Shown: positions 46,895 to 55,474, counted from the first letter of the stretch. The stretch: DNA of 63,939 nt from a virus (IMGVR_UViG_3300024310_000002:1-63939); one strand, 5' to 3'. Numbers and translations: made by a program. Notes: generated by a model not told the origin, from the sequence alone.

Positions 46895-48016
46895 ATGACC
46901 GACCACAACGATCCCTCTTTCACGGGGGTCGTTGACCCCTCCATCCTCAACGTCGATGCAGACACTGGCATCCCGACGTTCCTGCGGCGTCACGAAGAGC
47001 ACCACGCGCAGCATGCGCCGGTGTTTACCACGCAAGTGGACGAGCAAGGGCAGACGGAACTCACGGTCGAAGAGCAGCAGTACGCTGCCGAAGACCCGGA
47101 GGCTGACATGCCTGTGCACGAAGGCGAGCAGGTGCTGGCTGCACTGCCGGATCAGCCGGACGTTCAGACTGCGGTGAGCCAGGAAGCGATCGAAGAGGTC
47201 GTTACCTCTGCGGGTAACGAAGCTCTCGTGAGCAACGCGCCGAGCGAAATGGAGAAGGCCAACGAGGAGGAACTTCCTCCGACCAACCACAACCAACCCG
47301 CCGATCCCGCGGAGATGCGCCGGGATTTCTTCAAGGATATCAACAAGTTCGGCAAGGCGTCTGGCGAAGGTGCCAGCGCGCTGGGTCGTCTGGGGCTTCG
47401 CGCACTCAGGGCGGCCGCGGACGGTGTGATCTCGACGGCCAAGCCGCAAGGTGGCGGCAAGGACGACGCGACGCTGATCTACGAAGCGTACACTGCCATG
47501 GATAGCAAGCACGCCGAGCACACTGCGGGTGGTGCCAAGGCCAACGCGAGCAAGCTGCGGCAGATCATCGGCATGGGCTGTATGACCACGCTGAGCGATC
47601 CTGTGGCCGTCGGCGATCGGGTCGTGCGTATCCATGACCAGATGTCGGAGGCCGATCTCAAGCCGAAGGCGATCTTCGCTGCACTGGTGGACGTGGCACG
47701 CGAGCAGCAGGCCAGCGACAGCGAGCTGACCGACGACGCGATCCGCGCATGCCTGACCAAGACCAAGGCCGACAAGACCTTGGAGAAGGAGTGGGAGGCG
47801 ATCGCGAAGAAGGTCGAGGGACTTGTCACCGGCGAGAACTCGCATGGTCTCAAGGACCAGAGCGAAGCGGCGATCAAAATTCAGGAGCTGGTCACCGAGC
47901 ACATCAAGAACTACAAGCTCGACGGCACGCGACAGGATCGCATCGACAGCATGATCGACCTCGGATACTCTCGTGCTCAGGCTGAGGCGATCGTGGACAA
48001 GAAGATCGCGGTCTAA
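46895..48016 (+). CDS. Hypothetical protein, acidic N-terminus and helical C-terminus
   Basis: TAAGGAG RBS; strong phage-like codon bias. Confidence 0.8.
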   Translation: MTDHNDPSFTGVVDPSILNVDADTGIPTFLRRHEEHHAQHAPVFTTQVDEQGQTELTVEEQQYAAEDPEADMPVHEGEQVLAALPDQPDVQTAVSQEAIEEVVTSAGNEALVSNAPSEMEKANEEELPPTNHNQPADPAEMRRDFFKDINKFGKASGEGASALGRLGLRALRAAADGVISTAKPQGGGKDDATLIYEAYTAMDSKHAEHTAGGAKANASKLRQIIGMGCMTTLSDPVAVGDRVVRIHDQMSEADLKPKAIFAALVDVAREQQASDSELTDDAIRACLTKTKADKTLEKEWEAIAKKVEGLVTGENSHGLKDQSEAAIKIQELVTEHIKNYKLDGTRQDRIDSMIDLGYSRAQAEAIVDKKIAV

Positions 48017-48024
48017 CGATCTAA

Positions 48025-48099
48025 CGCAGGGTAGCTCAGTGGTAGAGCTCGGGCCTCATAAGCTCGCGGTCGGCGGTTCGATCCCGCCCCCTGCAACCA
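48025..48099 (+). tRNA. tRNA-Met(CAT), C1:A72 mismatch (initiator-like)
   Basis: CGCAGGG/CCCTGCA, D-arm GCTC/GAGC, loop CTCATAA, GTTCGATCC, encoded CCA. Confidence 0.92.
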
Positions 48100-48248
48100 A
48101 GCTACCTCGTGCAGGGCCCCCCATGCCCTCCAAACTGCACGAGGCAAGAGCGGGAGTGGCGGTGCGTTCAACCCAATCAGGCCCCCATCTGGAAGGGTTG
48201 CATCTGTCCTTGGATGTTGCATCGCCACTCCCGTACTGTTCACCATCG

Positions 48249-48377
48249 GACCACGTAGTGTATTAATGCACGCGCGCTGACGCCCTTTGACGTCATGTTA
48301 GGTCGTTCCTGCTAGTCTCGACCGACAGCACGAGAGCAGGTGCGCCGAAGTACAAGGCAAACCCTGCCGTGGTCTCA
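48249..48377 (+). ncRNA. tRNA-framed RNA 1
   Basis: GACCACG/CGTGGTC, TA, GTGT/GCAC, enlarged anticodon arm, GCAGG/CCTGC with enlarged T-loop. Confidence 0.65.
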
Positions 48378-48519
48378 TAGTGCACAGTTACCGCGGGGTG
48401 GCGGGTATCCACTCAAGCGCCGGACCGACGGCGTTAAGGTGATAGAGGCGGGGTTGGGTTAATGCCCAGCTTGTGCTCCACCATCGGTGAGATTTAAACG
48501 CGCACTCACGCGCGCCCAA

Positions 48520-48708
48520 TACATCGTAGCTCAAAAGAAGAGCGGCCGCATAGGGCAGAGTGGTTCTCAAGGCCCTTGAGCACAGGCCATCACTACCCGC
48601 ATGCAGCTCTAGAGGTACGGCATGTGGACAGGTGGCGGCACTAAATCTCACGGAAGATGTTCGGGGACATGGCAACATGTTTCAAAACCCACCCGGACCG
48701 ATGTACAA
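48520..48708 (+). ncRNA. tRNA-framed RNA 2
   Basis: TACATCG/CGATGTA, TAGCTCAA..GAGC, ~110-nt central insert, GAT, GTTCGG/CCGGAC. Confidence 0.65.
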
Positions 48709-48710
48709 GT

Positions 48711-48805
48711 TTCACCGTAGCTCAACGTAGCTTGAAGAGCACCGACGGACTGGTTCAAATCCCTCCGTGGTTATGTATGGTGAAGCGCCCATGCCGGTGA
48801 AAACA
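48711..48805 (+). ncRNA. tRNA-framed RNA 3
   Basis: TTCACCG/CGGTGAA, TAGCTCAA..GAGC, central arm capped by GGTTCAAATCC, GTATGG/CCATGC. Confidence 0.65.
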
Positions 48806-48843
48806 GATGCACTTGAGTTGGCTACGCCACCTCAGTGCAAAGA

Positions 48844-48999
48844 ATGCACGTAGTTCAATTGGCCTACCGAACCCATGGGGTCGTAGAACAACTGATTGCT
48901 GCGATCGCGTATGCGTGACCAGACCAAGGCTGTCGGTAAGTAATGGCGGCATATCAATCAGGGTAGATGCAGAGCCTAGCCAACTCTGCCGTGCATACC
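48844..48999 (+). ncRNA. tRNA-framed RNA 4
   Basis: ATGCACG/CGTGCAT-ACC, TAGTTCAA..GAAC with D-loop insert, CTGATTG/CAATCAG, GAT, GCAGAG/CTCTGC. Confidence 0.7.
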
Positions 49000-49013
49000 T
49001 TTGGAGGTAACAA

Positions 49014-49220
49014 ATGCCGTGGCCACATGACATCGATAGCATCATCGAAACGTTTCCTCACCTGATCGGTAAAACCATCGCAAAGGTGACCGCCGATTGT
49101 GGTAGCGTCGACAACGATGGAACGTACTACTCTGTATTGTTCGAGTTCATCGACGGCACCAAGCTGGCTGTCACTGAGGGTGGACAGGCAGGGTACATCG
49201 AGATGGAAGAGCGGCGATGA
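49014..49220 (+). CDS. Hypothetical protein
   Basis: GGAGG RBS inside palindrome. Confidence 0.7.
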   Translation: MPWPHDIDSIIETFPHLIGKTIAKVTADCGSVDNDGTYYSVLFEFIDGTKLAVTEGGQAGYIEMEERR

Positions 49221-49510
49221 AATGCCCCGACGGCTGGGAAGTTCACGACTATCGCTGGCTGGTGAAGCAGGAGATGGTCACTGAGGACAGGTGGCTGTTG
49301 ATGTTCTTCAACGTGCTAGATGCCAGCGACAGAAACTATCCAGCTGGCTGGATCAATATCATGTTCGACAAATGGTCGAACGACGGCGCAGGCAAGAAAG
49401 CCTATCGTGAATTCGCCATGCAGGATGGTGGTATACTCGAGATAGAGTGCATCGCGATGGAGTGGCGCAAGGAAATCTTGGAAGGGCGCACTCACGAGGC
49501 CGCGCCATGA
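49217..49510 (+). CDS. Small protein, LEIEC C-terminal family
   Basis: DGGILEIECIAMEWR. Confidence 0.7.
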   Translation: MKCPDGWEVHDYRWLVKQEMVTEDRWLLMFFNVLDASDRNYPAGWINIMFDKWSNDGAGKKAYREFAMQDGGILEIECIAMEWRKEILEGRTHEAAP

Positions 49511-49764
49511 CTGTGTGGGTGCACACAGCGTTCATGCATGGTTCATGGGAGACGCGCAAGGAGCAGCTCGGGCAGTACTTGCTATATTGCTGCCGCCGTC
49601 CGCCGGGGCACGTACGAATTTCGGGTTTTCCGTATGGCCATGTCTATGTCATACTCGGCGAGAACACTAGCGGCAAGATAGTCGAGCACTACCGCATCGA
49701 GGACGATGGCCCACTGGAGATAGAGTGCATCGCGCACGAGATGCGTACAAAGTATTCCCCGTAG
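49507..49764 (+). CDS. Small protein, LEIEC C-terminal family
   Basis: DDGPLEIECIAHEMRTKY; ATGA coupling. Confidence 0.7.
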   Translation: MTVWVHTAFMHGSWETRKEQLGQYLLYCCRRPPGHVRISGFPYGHVYVILGENTSGKIVEHYRIEDDGPLEIECIAHEMRTKYSP

Positions 49765-49908
49765 CTCAAATACCGGACTGGCATCCGGCACGTCAAGAGC
49801 AGAGCCGACGACACGCGAAAGGAAAGGCACGATGCGGGTGCATCCTGTTCCGAGTACGACGACGGAGCGAAAGGCTCGATGCAGCATGGTAACCTGCCGG
49901 GGTAACCA
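49755..49908 (+). ncRNA. tRNA-framed RNA 5
   Basis: CCCCG/CGGGG, TAGCTCAA..GAGC with D-loop hairpin, GAGCC/GGCTC with ~65-nt insert, GAT, GCAG/CTGC, ends ACCA. Confidence 0.7.
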
Positions 49909-49918
49909 ACACTAAGTG

Positions 49919-50029
49919 GCACCGTAGCATAATAGCGATAATGCGACCGCTGGATTAAGCAGCTTTAGCCCTGCACAATAGTGTCGGGCGAGTGGAGCCC
50001 CAGCGCGGAGAAGTAGGAACTGCCGGTGC
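49919..50029 (+). ncRNA. tRNA-framed RNA 6
   Basis: GCACCG/CGGTGC, TA, GCAT/ATGC, CGCTGG/CCAGCG with insert, minimal T arm GTAG/CTGC. Confidence 0.6.
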
Positions 50030-50103
50030 GGGTGAGGACGTCGAGATAAGCTCGTCGGTCTAGAAGGCCACCGGGCCTCACCACTAAATCATAGGACCAT
50101 AAA

Positions 50104-50373
50104 ATGCCGCAATGGGAGTATTACTCCGAGGACTGGGAAGTCTGGAATGAGACGCTCCCTTCAGGCAAGCACATGTCTGCGTATAGACACCCGGACGGAT
50201 ATGTGTGGCCAGCAAACATTACAGCCATGCCCGGGGGTTGGATCAACGTCAAGCCGTACGCGGACTGTCGGTTCGGCGACGAGCTCGAAAAGAACATGCT
50301 GCCGCCAGAGTGCAGCTGGCTTGAGATCGAATGCGTCATGCACGAGATGCGTGCCAAGTATGGAGGAGCGTGA
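50104..50373 (+). CDS. Small protein, LEIEC C-terminal family
   Basis: SWLEIECVMHEMRAKY. Confidence 0.7.
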   Translation: MPQWEYYSEDWEVWNETLPSGKHMSAYRHPDGYVWPANITAMPGGWINVKPYADCRFGDELEKNMLPPECSWLEIECVMHEMRAKYGGA

Positions 50374-50600
50374 TGCGTGTCTACACTAGAGACCTTCCGG
50401 ATGCTCAGACGTGGATCACCAAGGCCCTATTGCTGGGCGCCCACATCGAGCAGTACGCAGAGGAGATCAACTCTCGTCAGTGGAAATACGGTGTAGGTAC
50501 GGGTGGCTCATTTCCAGAAATCACAGACGACTGGCTAGGCCGTGCGTGCAAGAAATTCGTTGAGCTATTGCAGGAGGAGCAGGAGAATGTCGTCAAGTGA
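50373..50600 (+). CDS. Small protein, N-terminal TKALLLG family
   Basis: GGAGG RBS; WITKALLLGA. Confidence 0.7.
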   Translation: MRVYTRDLPDAQTWITKALLLGAHIEQYAEEINSRQWKYGVGTGGSFPEITDDWLGRACKKFVELLQEEQENVVK

Positions 50601-50681
50601 AGCACTCGAGTATGCAGTGTTGTCGGCTTGCGCACTCATGCTCGCCGGCGCCGCGGGGTTCTGGCTGTTGATGGTGGCGTG

Positions 50682-50933
50682 ATGGATGCTAAAGCGAAGC
50701 TTCCGTTCGCCGAACAGCAAGAACTATACGTCACGCGGTGCATGATGCTTGGCGCCATGTTCAAATACGACGACTACGGCCATCCCGAGAGAGCGTCGGC
50801 GCGAAAATACTGGCAATGTATTGTGTCTGGGCCGCTTCGTGACGGCATGTCGTACTCTCGAATAGGCTTCGGCTACGATCAAGCAGACGCAGCGTACGAT
50901 TACCTGCGGAGGTACCATCTGGAATTGCTTTGA
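50682..50933 (+). CDS. Small protein, N-terminal TKALLLG family (divergent)
   Basis: YVTRCMMLGA...GYDQADAA. Confidence 0.6.
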   Translation: MDAKAKLPFAEQQELYVTRCMMLGAMFKYDDYGHPERASARKYWQCIVSGPLRDGMSYSRIGFGYDQADAAYDYLRRYHLELL

Positions 50934-50937
50934 GAGA

Positions 50938-51141
50938 TCGCGCGTAGCTCAATGACTGCTGGGGGCATGTGCTCCTAGAGCGAGAGCGGGCAGGTGTCAG
51001 CCTTCGCCATGCGCTGCAGCGCCTCTGACAAGGAAGTCACGCCAAAGAGCGGCCTACAGAACGTTAGTAAGGACCACAAGTCCCGAAACCAATCGAGGCA
51101 AATGACGATGTAGGAGGTGGTCGCCCCTGCCGCGCGAACAA
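50938..51141 (+). ncRNA. tRNA-framed RNA 7
   Basis: TCGCGCG/CGCGCGA-ACAA, TAGCTCAA..GAGC with D-loop insert, ~120-nt central insert, GAT, GTAGG/CCTGC. Confidence 0.7.
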
Positions 51142-51157
51142 TACCCACGGAGGTAAC

Positions 51158-51376
51158 ATGGCTTACTTGAGATTTCGTAACATGATCATGACCCCAACTA
51201 TCTGGGCACTCGTGACTGAGCTTACTGCGAGGGTGCTCGGCGTGCAGACTTCGTGGAGGATATGGGTGCTGATTGTGGTGTCTTGTTTGGTGCAGGACTT
51301 CATCGATGCAGTGGTCGAAGATCGTCCTGTGGCCGGTCCGTATCGCTGGAAGAAGCGCCCCTCCTCGAAGGAGTAG
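51158..51376 (+). CDS. Small membrane protein
   Basis: GGAGG RBS; hydrophobic segments. Confidence 0.6.
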   Translation: MAYLRFRNMIMTPTIWALVTELTARVLGVQTSWRIWVLIVVSCLVQDFIDAVVEDRPVAGPYRWKKRPSSKE

Positions 51377-51379
51377 CAC

Positions 51380-51670
51380 ATGACCGAAGCACCATCGGAC
51401 GATGAAGTGCTCGTCACGAAGTGGCTTATGGTAGGGGCTGTACTGTGGGAGAGCCCGAACGGTACATGGTTCGCGATCATGCCGGGGAATAATGAACACT
51501 CGTTCGCGTTTAACACGTCGGGTGAAACACCGGCTCAAGCCGTTAGTAGGTTCGTCAAGGAATACGGTAAGCATATAGGAGATATGCCGTGGCTCGTACC
51601 GTTACTCGAACACGTGAAGTCTTCGACGAGTTCAGACCTTGGCCCTACTCCACCCCATACGGCACAGTGA
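51380..51670 (+). CDS. Small protein, N-terminal TKALLLG family
   Basis: AAGGAG RBS; LVTKWLMVGA...GETPAQAV. Confidence 0.7.
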   Translation: MTEAPSDDEVLVTKWLMVGAVLWESPNGTWFAIMPGNNEHSFAFNTSGETPAQAVSRFVKEYGKHIGDMPWLVPLLEHVKSSTSSDLGPTPPHTAQ

Positions 51671-51734
51671 CGATCACTGAGGTCGTTGTCCCCACGCCTA
51701 GAGCGAAAGCAAAGGCGCCACGCAAGGAGAAGAA

Positions 51735-52106
51735 ATGCAAGTTTGTATATCCACCCGAGATTGCCGCGCTGCTGTCGGGGCGGCCATCGCAGCCCTTATC
51801 CAGAAAGTCGCCAGCGACAAGGAGGCAGTCACCAAGACAAGCCTCGACAATCTCCTCACCGGCGCCATCCACAACGGCCTCGACGTGAACGAGGCGCGTC
51901 GCAAGGAGATGACCGAGATGGTCGATCGCGATGTCGAGCACATGATGAAGTCGCACCCGGGCAACGAACTGCTTCAGGTGCTCAACAACTACGTCGACAT
52001 GCTCGCCTACCACAAGGGTGAGTTCATCACGATCGATGATCAGGACTTCTCGCTGATCAAGGCGCACCTGCCGGCCGGCGAGAAGAGCGAAGAGATCGCG
52101 GCGTAA
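51735..52106 (+). CDS. Hypothetical protein
   Basis: AAGGAG RBS. Confidence 0.7.
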   Translation: MQVCISTRDCRAAVGAAIAALIQKVASDKEAVTKTSLDNLLTGAIHNGLDVNEARRKEMTEMVDRDVEHMMKSHPGNELLQVLNNYVDMLAYHKGEFITIDDQDFSLIKAHLPAGEKSEEIAA

Positions 52107-52121
52107 CCTTTGGAGGTAACA

Positions 52122-52391
52122 ATGGGCGAGAAGAAGCGTAAGGAACGGCAAGTGCTGATCACCAAAGCGCTTCTTCTCGGCTACACGATCGAGCGCAACA
52201 CGTGGTACAGCGTCCGAGGTTGCGAAGAGATTAACGGGTTCAAGCTTGTGCTGCCGAATGGCATGCCGCTCATGAACTTTGGCGGTGCGGCACCGGGCCA
52301 CTACTACGAGGTATTCGCAGCCCCATGGCTTGCTGCAAAGAAAGCCCTCGAACTCGCAGGAGTTCTCTCCGATGCGAAGAACACACGCTGA
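52122..52391 (+). CDS. Small protein, N-terminal TKALLLG family
   Basis: GGAGG RBS; LITKALLLGY. Confidence 0.72.
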   Translation: MGEKKRKERQVLITKALLLGYTIERNTWYSVRGCEEINGFKLVLPNGMPLMNFGGAAPGHYYEVFAAPWLAAKKALELAGVLSDAKNTR

Positions 52392-52587
52392 AACGAAAGA
52401 GCTGATCGAAGCTCGCGTGCAGGATTTCATTAACGGCGATGCATCCGAGGATGTATTGAAAGCTTCGCTGAAGTGCTTGTATCTCGACAGGGACGAGATC
52501 GCGCTGGAGGTTTGGAAGGCCAAGGTGGCCAAGCACGAACAGGAGAAGGCGCGCACTCATGCCGCAAAAGTTCGACGAAACACCTGA
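52372..52587 (+). CDS. Hypothetical protein
   Basis: AGGAG RBS. Confidence 0.55.
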   Translation: MRRTHAETKELIEARVQDFINGDASEDVLKASLKCLYLDRDEIALEVWKAKVAKHEQEKARTHAAKVRRNT

Positions 52588-52768
52588 CGCCGGCGAAGAG
52601 TGGACAGCCAAAGCGTTATTGCTGGGTGCTGAGCTGGAAGTCGATAGCAGTGTATGGGGCACACTATGGCGGGCCAGAGTTCCCGGCGTGAACGGGGCGG
52701 TGTGTTTCGGCGTCACTCAAGCTCGCGCGTGCCGCAAGCTGGTTAGATACATCACAGGAGTGGAATGA
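52559..52768 (+). CDS. Small protein, N-terminal TKALLLG family, HicB-N-like
   Basis: WTAKALLLGA...RARVPGVNGAVCFGVTQARA. Confidence 0.68.
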   Translation: MPQKFDETPDAGEEWTAKALLLGAELEVDSSVWGTLWRARVPGVNGAVCFGVTQARACRKLVRYITGVE

Positions 52769-53010
52769 TGTCAGAGGACGATTGGTTGGTGCTCTGTGCT
52801 CTTGTGATCGAGCACGAGCACGGATATCGACACGCGCTGCACTTCATGAAGCGCACGATCGGCGAGAAGCCAGACTATATAAACGGTGGGCCATCTATCA
52901 CTTGGTGGATCACCACACGCATTAATCAATTCCATCACGAGCTGATGGAAGACGGGTGGCTGTCCTACGACACCAAGAGGCGCTGGTACGTAATGCGCGC
53001 AGGGAGCTAG
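52765..53010 (+). CDS. Hypothetical protein
   Basis: AGGAG RBS, coupled. Confidence 0.6.
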   Translation: MMSEDDWLVLCALVIEHEHGYRHALHFMKRTIGEKPDYINGGPSITWWITTRINQFHHELMEDGWLSYDTKRRWYVMRAGS

Positions 53011-53013
53011 AAG

Positions 53014-53388
53014 ATGAACCATATCAGATGGGCGGCGTGGGGCGTGATCGACATCGAGAAAATCCCGAGCGATCATACCTCCGGAGGTAACGGTCAGGCG
53101 CGCCGCGAGTACCTCAAGAAGGTGCGTCAAGAGCTGTCGGAGCTCAACATGATCCTCCATGTAGGTGGATCGAAGCCGGCCCCGTGGTATGCTGTGGCGC
53201 GTCGTGGGGAAGAGAAGAACTCTATGGTGTCAGCTGGCCATGACGCGTTCAAAAAGCTCTGTGCGTGGGTGCTCGAGCACGTGGGAGATGTGAATGTCAG
53301 CGGTGAGGATGGTGGCGTACGGAGTGCTGGAGATGAAGCACAAGGAGAGCCCGGCGTCGCTGTGGCTAAGCGAGCAGTCTCCCACTGA
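53014..53388 (+). CDS. Hypothetical protein
   Basis: GGGAG RBS; resembles next gene (AWGVID/AYGVLE, VRQELS/VKDELS, FKKLC/FKECC). Confidence 0.6.
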   Translation: MNHIRWAAWGVIDIEKIPSDHTSGGNGQARREYLKKVRQELSELNMILHVGGSKPAPWYAVARRGEEKNSMVSAGHDAFKKLCAWVLEHVGDVNVSGEDGGVRSAGDEAQGEPGVAVAKRAVSH

Positions 53389-53686
53389 GCAAGAGCGCCT
53401 GCGTCAAGAGGACTTCGAGCGCGATCAGCTGCGCAAGCTGGTGAAGGACGAGCTGTCCCGATACGGACTTAATATAGTTCGCAGCGTCGTACCTACTGGC
53501 AACAAGTTTCGCACGCGCGCCAATATGCACACGCTCTACGGTCAGGTGCAGGGGAGCGCGCTGTTCAAGTCGCGACCCGTGCTCAAAGAGGGTACGTTCA
53601 AAGAGTGCTGCGAGGTCGCAGCGAAGTTGCTTGACGAGCTCGATGCAGCTCAAGTACCGGATGTGAAGACGTCCCCACCCCTATAG
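53294..53686 (+). CDS. Hypothetical protein, probable paralogue of 53014..53388
   Basis: GGAG RBS; shared motifs. Confidence 0.6.
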   Translation: MSAVRMVAYGVLEMKHKESPASLWLSEQSPTEQERLRQEDFERDQLRKLVKDELSRYGLNIVRSVVPTGNKFRTRANMHTLYGQVQGSALFKSRPVLKEGTFKECCEVAAKLLDELDAAQVPDVKTSPPL

Positions 53687-53740
53687 GGGAGTACCCGGAC
53701 GCCGCTGCCGGGAGTATCAGCGGATACCCACAGAGGTAAC

Positions 53741-54028
53741 ATGGCAAAGAAGAAGCGTACGAAGGCAGAGCGCAGTGCAGCTGCCAAGGCATTCTGGGCA
53801 CGGAGGAAAGCAGCAGCTCTCCCCAGTCCGGTGTCGGCAGAGGTGCGTGTCGCGCTCGACGAAGCGGTCAAGACGGTGTTCGTTACACCGCCGAAGATCG
53901 GCTACGCCGTCAAGGAAGGCGTCGACATCTTCATCTGCTTCGGAGAGGACGGCTCGCTGCGTCGCGAGCGTGTCAGCTTGGAGCTGGCGAAGAAGGTCTA
54001 CATGGACCTCGCCAAGATCGTGGTCTGA
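53741..54028 (+). CDS. Hypothetical protein with basic N-terminus
   Basis: GAGG RBS; RSAAAKAFWARRK. Confidence 0.7.
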   Translation: MAKKKRTKAERSAAAKAFWARRKAAALPSPVSAEVRVALDEAVKTVFVTPPKIGYAVKEGVDIFICFGEDGSLRRERVSLELAKKVYMDLAKIVV

Positions 54029-54060
54029 TAACCATCGAAGCGTCACAGGAGAGGACGAGA

Positions 54061-54303
54061 ATGAGCTTTGCACTTTGCCCCGATGAAGGGCCGCCTCGCT
54101 TGTGGCGCTTCGTTGACGAGAGCCTTGGCTGGGGGCGCGACGGTCTGCCGGTCGCCGCCATCCTCAACTCCAAGGAGAACATCCTGAAGATTGACCGCGT
54201 CTGTTACGAACAGCTGGGAGAGCTGGAGCAGCACATGCTTCTGCGCACTCACCGGCGCTTCGTGTACGCCAGCGGTCGCATCGGCATCCATCTCAACGAC
54301 TGA
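54061..54303 (+). CDS. Hypothetical protein
   Basis: GAGGA RBS. Confidence 0.55.
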   Translation: MSFALCPDEGPPRLWRFVDESLGWGRDGLPVAAILNSKENILKIDRVCYEQLGELEQHMLLRTHRRFVYASGRIGIHLND

Positions 54304-54337
54304 CTACCAACCACCTACCCAACAGGAGAAACTACCA

Positions 54338-55474
54338 ATGCGTCTCATGGATTTGCGTCAGGCTGTCGTGGACAACATCGACGCGCGAATTGCCACCCAT
54401 CTGCAGAGCCCTCCCGGCATCGGCAAGTCGGACTTCGTCGAAGGGCTCGTGGCATGGCTCAACAAGAAAGACGGCAAGCAGCCGGACGGCAGCGATACGT
54501 GGGGGCTCGCGACGTGCTTCCTCGCGACGTTCACGCCGACTGATCTTCTGGGGTACATGGTACCCACGAAGGTAAACAACCCTGACGGCAGCGTGAGCCT
54601 CGCGTCGGTCTTCACCACGCCGTCGTGGATGATGACCAAGCCGACCAAGGAGTATCCGCACGGCCGGCACATCAACACGTTCAAGCGCGGGATTGTTTTC
54701 CTCGACGAGTGGTCGCAGGCTGACGGCGACACGAAGAAGGCCGCGGCGCAGCTCAAGCTCAAGGGCGAGGTCGGGCCTCACAAGCTTCACGATGGCATCG
54801 CCGTGATCAGCGCAGGCAATCGCAAGGACGACCGGTCTGGTGTCACGAAGGAGTTCGACTTCGTCATCAACCGTGAGCAGCGCATCGACATCCACCCGGA
54901 CTTCGCCTCGTGGGAGCACTGGGCGGTGAACAACAACGTCATGCCTCTCACCATCGCCTTCGCGCAGCAGAACCCGCAGATCGTGTTCGAGGACAAGGTG
55001 CCCGCCGAGCAGGGACCGTGGACCACGCCGCGCTCACTGGTGGCTGTCGATCGTCTTCTGCAGGTGAAGATGAAGCGCAACGGCGGCGAAATCCCGGAGA
55101 GCCCCGAGGTGGCCGAGCAGCTGATGGGGATCATGGGCGCGGGCTCCGCGCAGTACATGAGCTTCATCAAAATCCAGCGCGAGATGCCGAAGTACGCGGA
55201 CATCGTGAAGGACCCGGCCGGCGTCAAGGTGCCGGGCAAGCCAGATGCGCAGATGCTGGTGTGCTATCAGCTGGCACACGAGATCAAGAACAAGGACGCT
55301 GCGCAGATCATCGAGTACATCGAGCGCCTGCCCAAGGAGTTCGCTGTCACCTTCGCGACCACGGCATGTAAGAAGAACATGTCGCTGGTATCGGAGAAGG
55401 CGTTCGACACGTGGGCTCGCCAGAACTCTTCGCTGATGGCGGCGATCGCGCTGAGCTCGAAGCAGCAGTCGTAA
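54338..55474 (+). CDS. MoxR/AAA_5-like AAA+ ATPase
   Basis: SPPGIGKS, DLLG, FLDE, AGNR..D, TPRS. Confidence 0.88.
   Translation: MRLMDLRQAVVDNIDARIATHLQSPPGIGKSDFVEGLVAWLNKKDGKQPDGSDTWGLATCFLATFTPTDLLGYMVPTKVNNPDGSVSLASVFTTPSWMMTKPTKEYPHGRHINTFKRGIVFLDEWSQADGDTKKAAAQLKLKGEVGPHKLHDGIAVISAGNRKDDRSGVTKEFDFVINREQRIDIHPDFASWEHWAVNNNVMPLTIAFAQQNPQIVFEDKVPAEQGPWTTPRSLVAVDRLLQVKMKRNGGEIPESPEVAEQLMGIMGAGSAQYMSFIKIQREMPKYADIVKDPAGVKVPGKPDAQMLVCYQLAHEIKNKDAAQIIEYIERLPKEFAVTFATTACKKNMSLVSEKAFDTWARQNSSLMAAIALSSKQQS

Noticed and set aside
48100-51141. CRISPR array or mini-array
   Set aside because: No identical direct repeats at regular spacing; the recurring units are structural, and the Cas4-like gene is a normal phage replication-module nuclease
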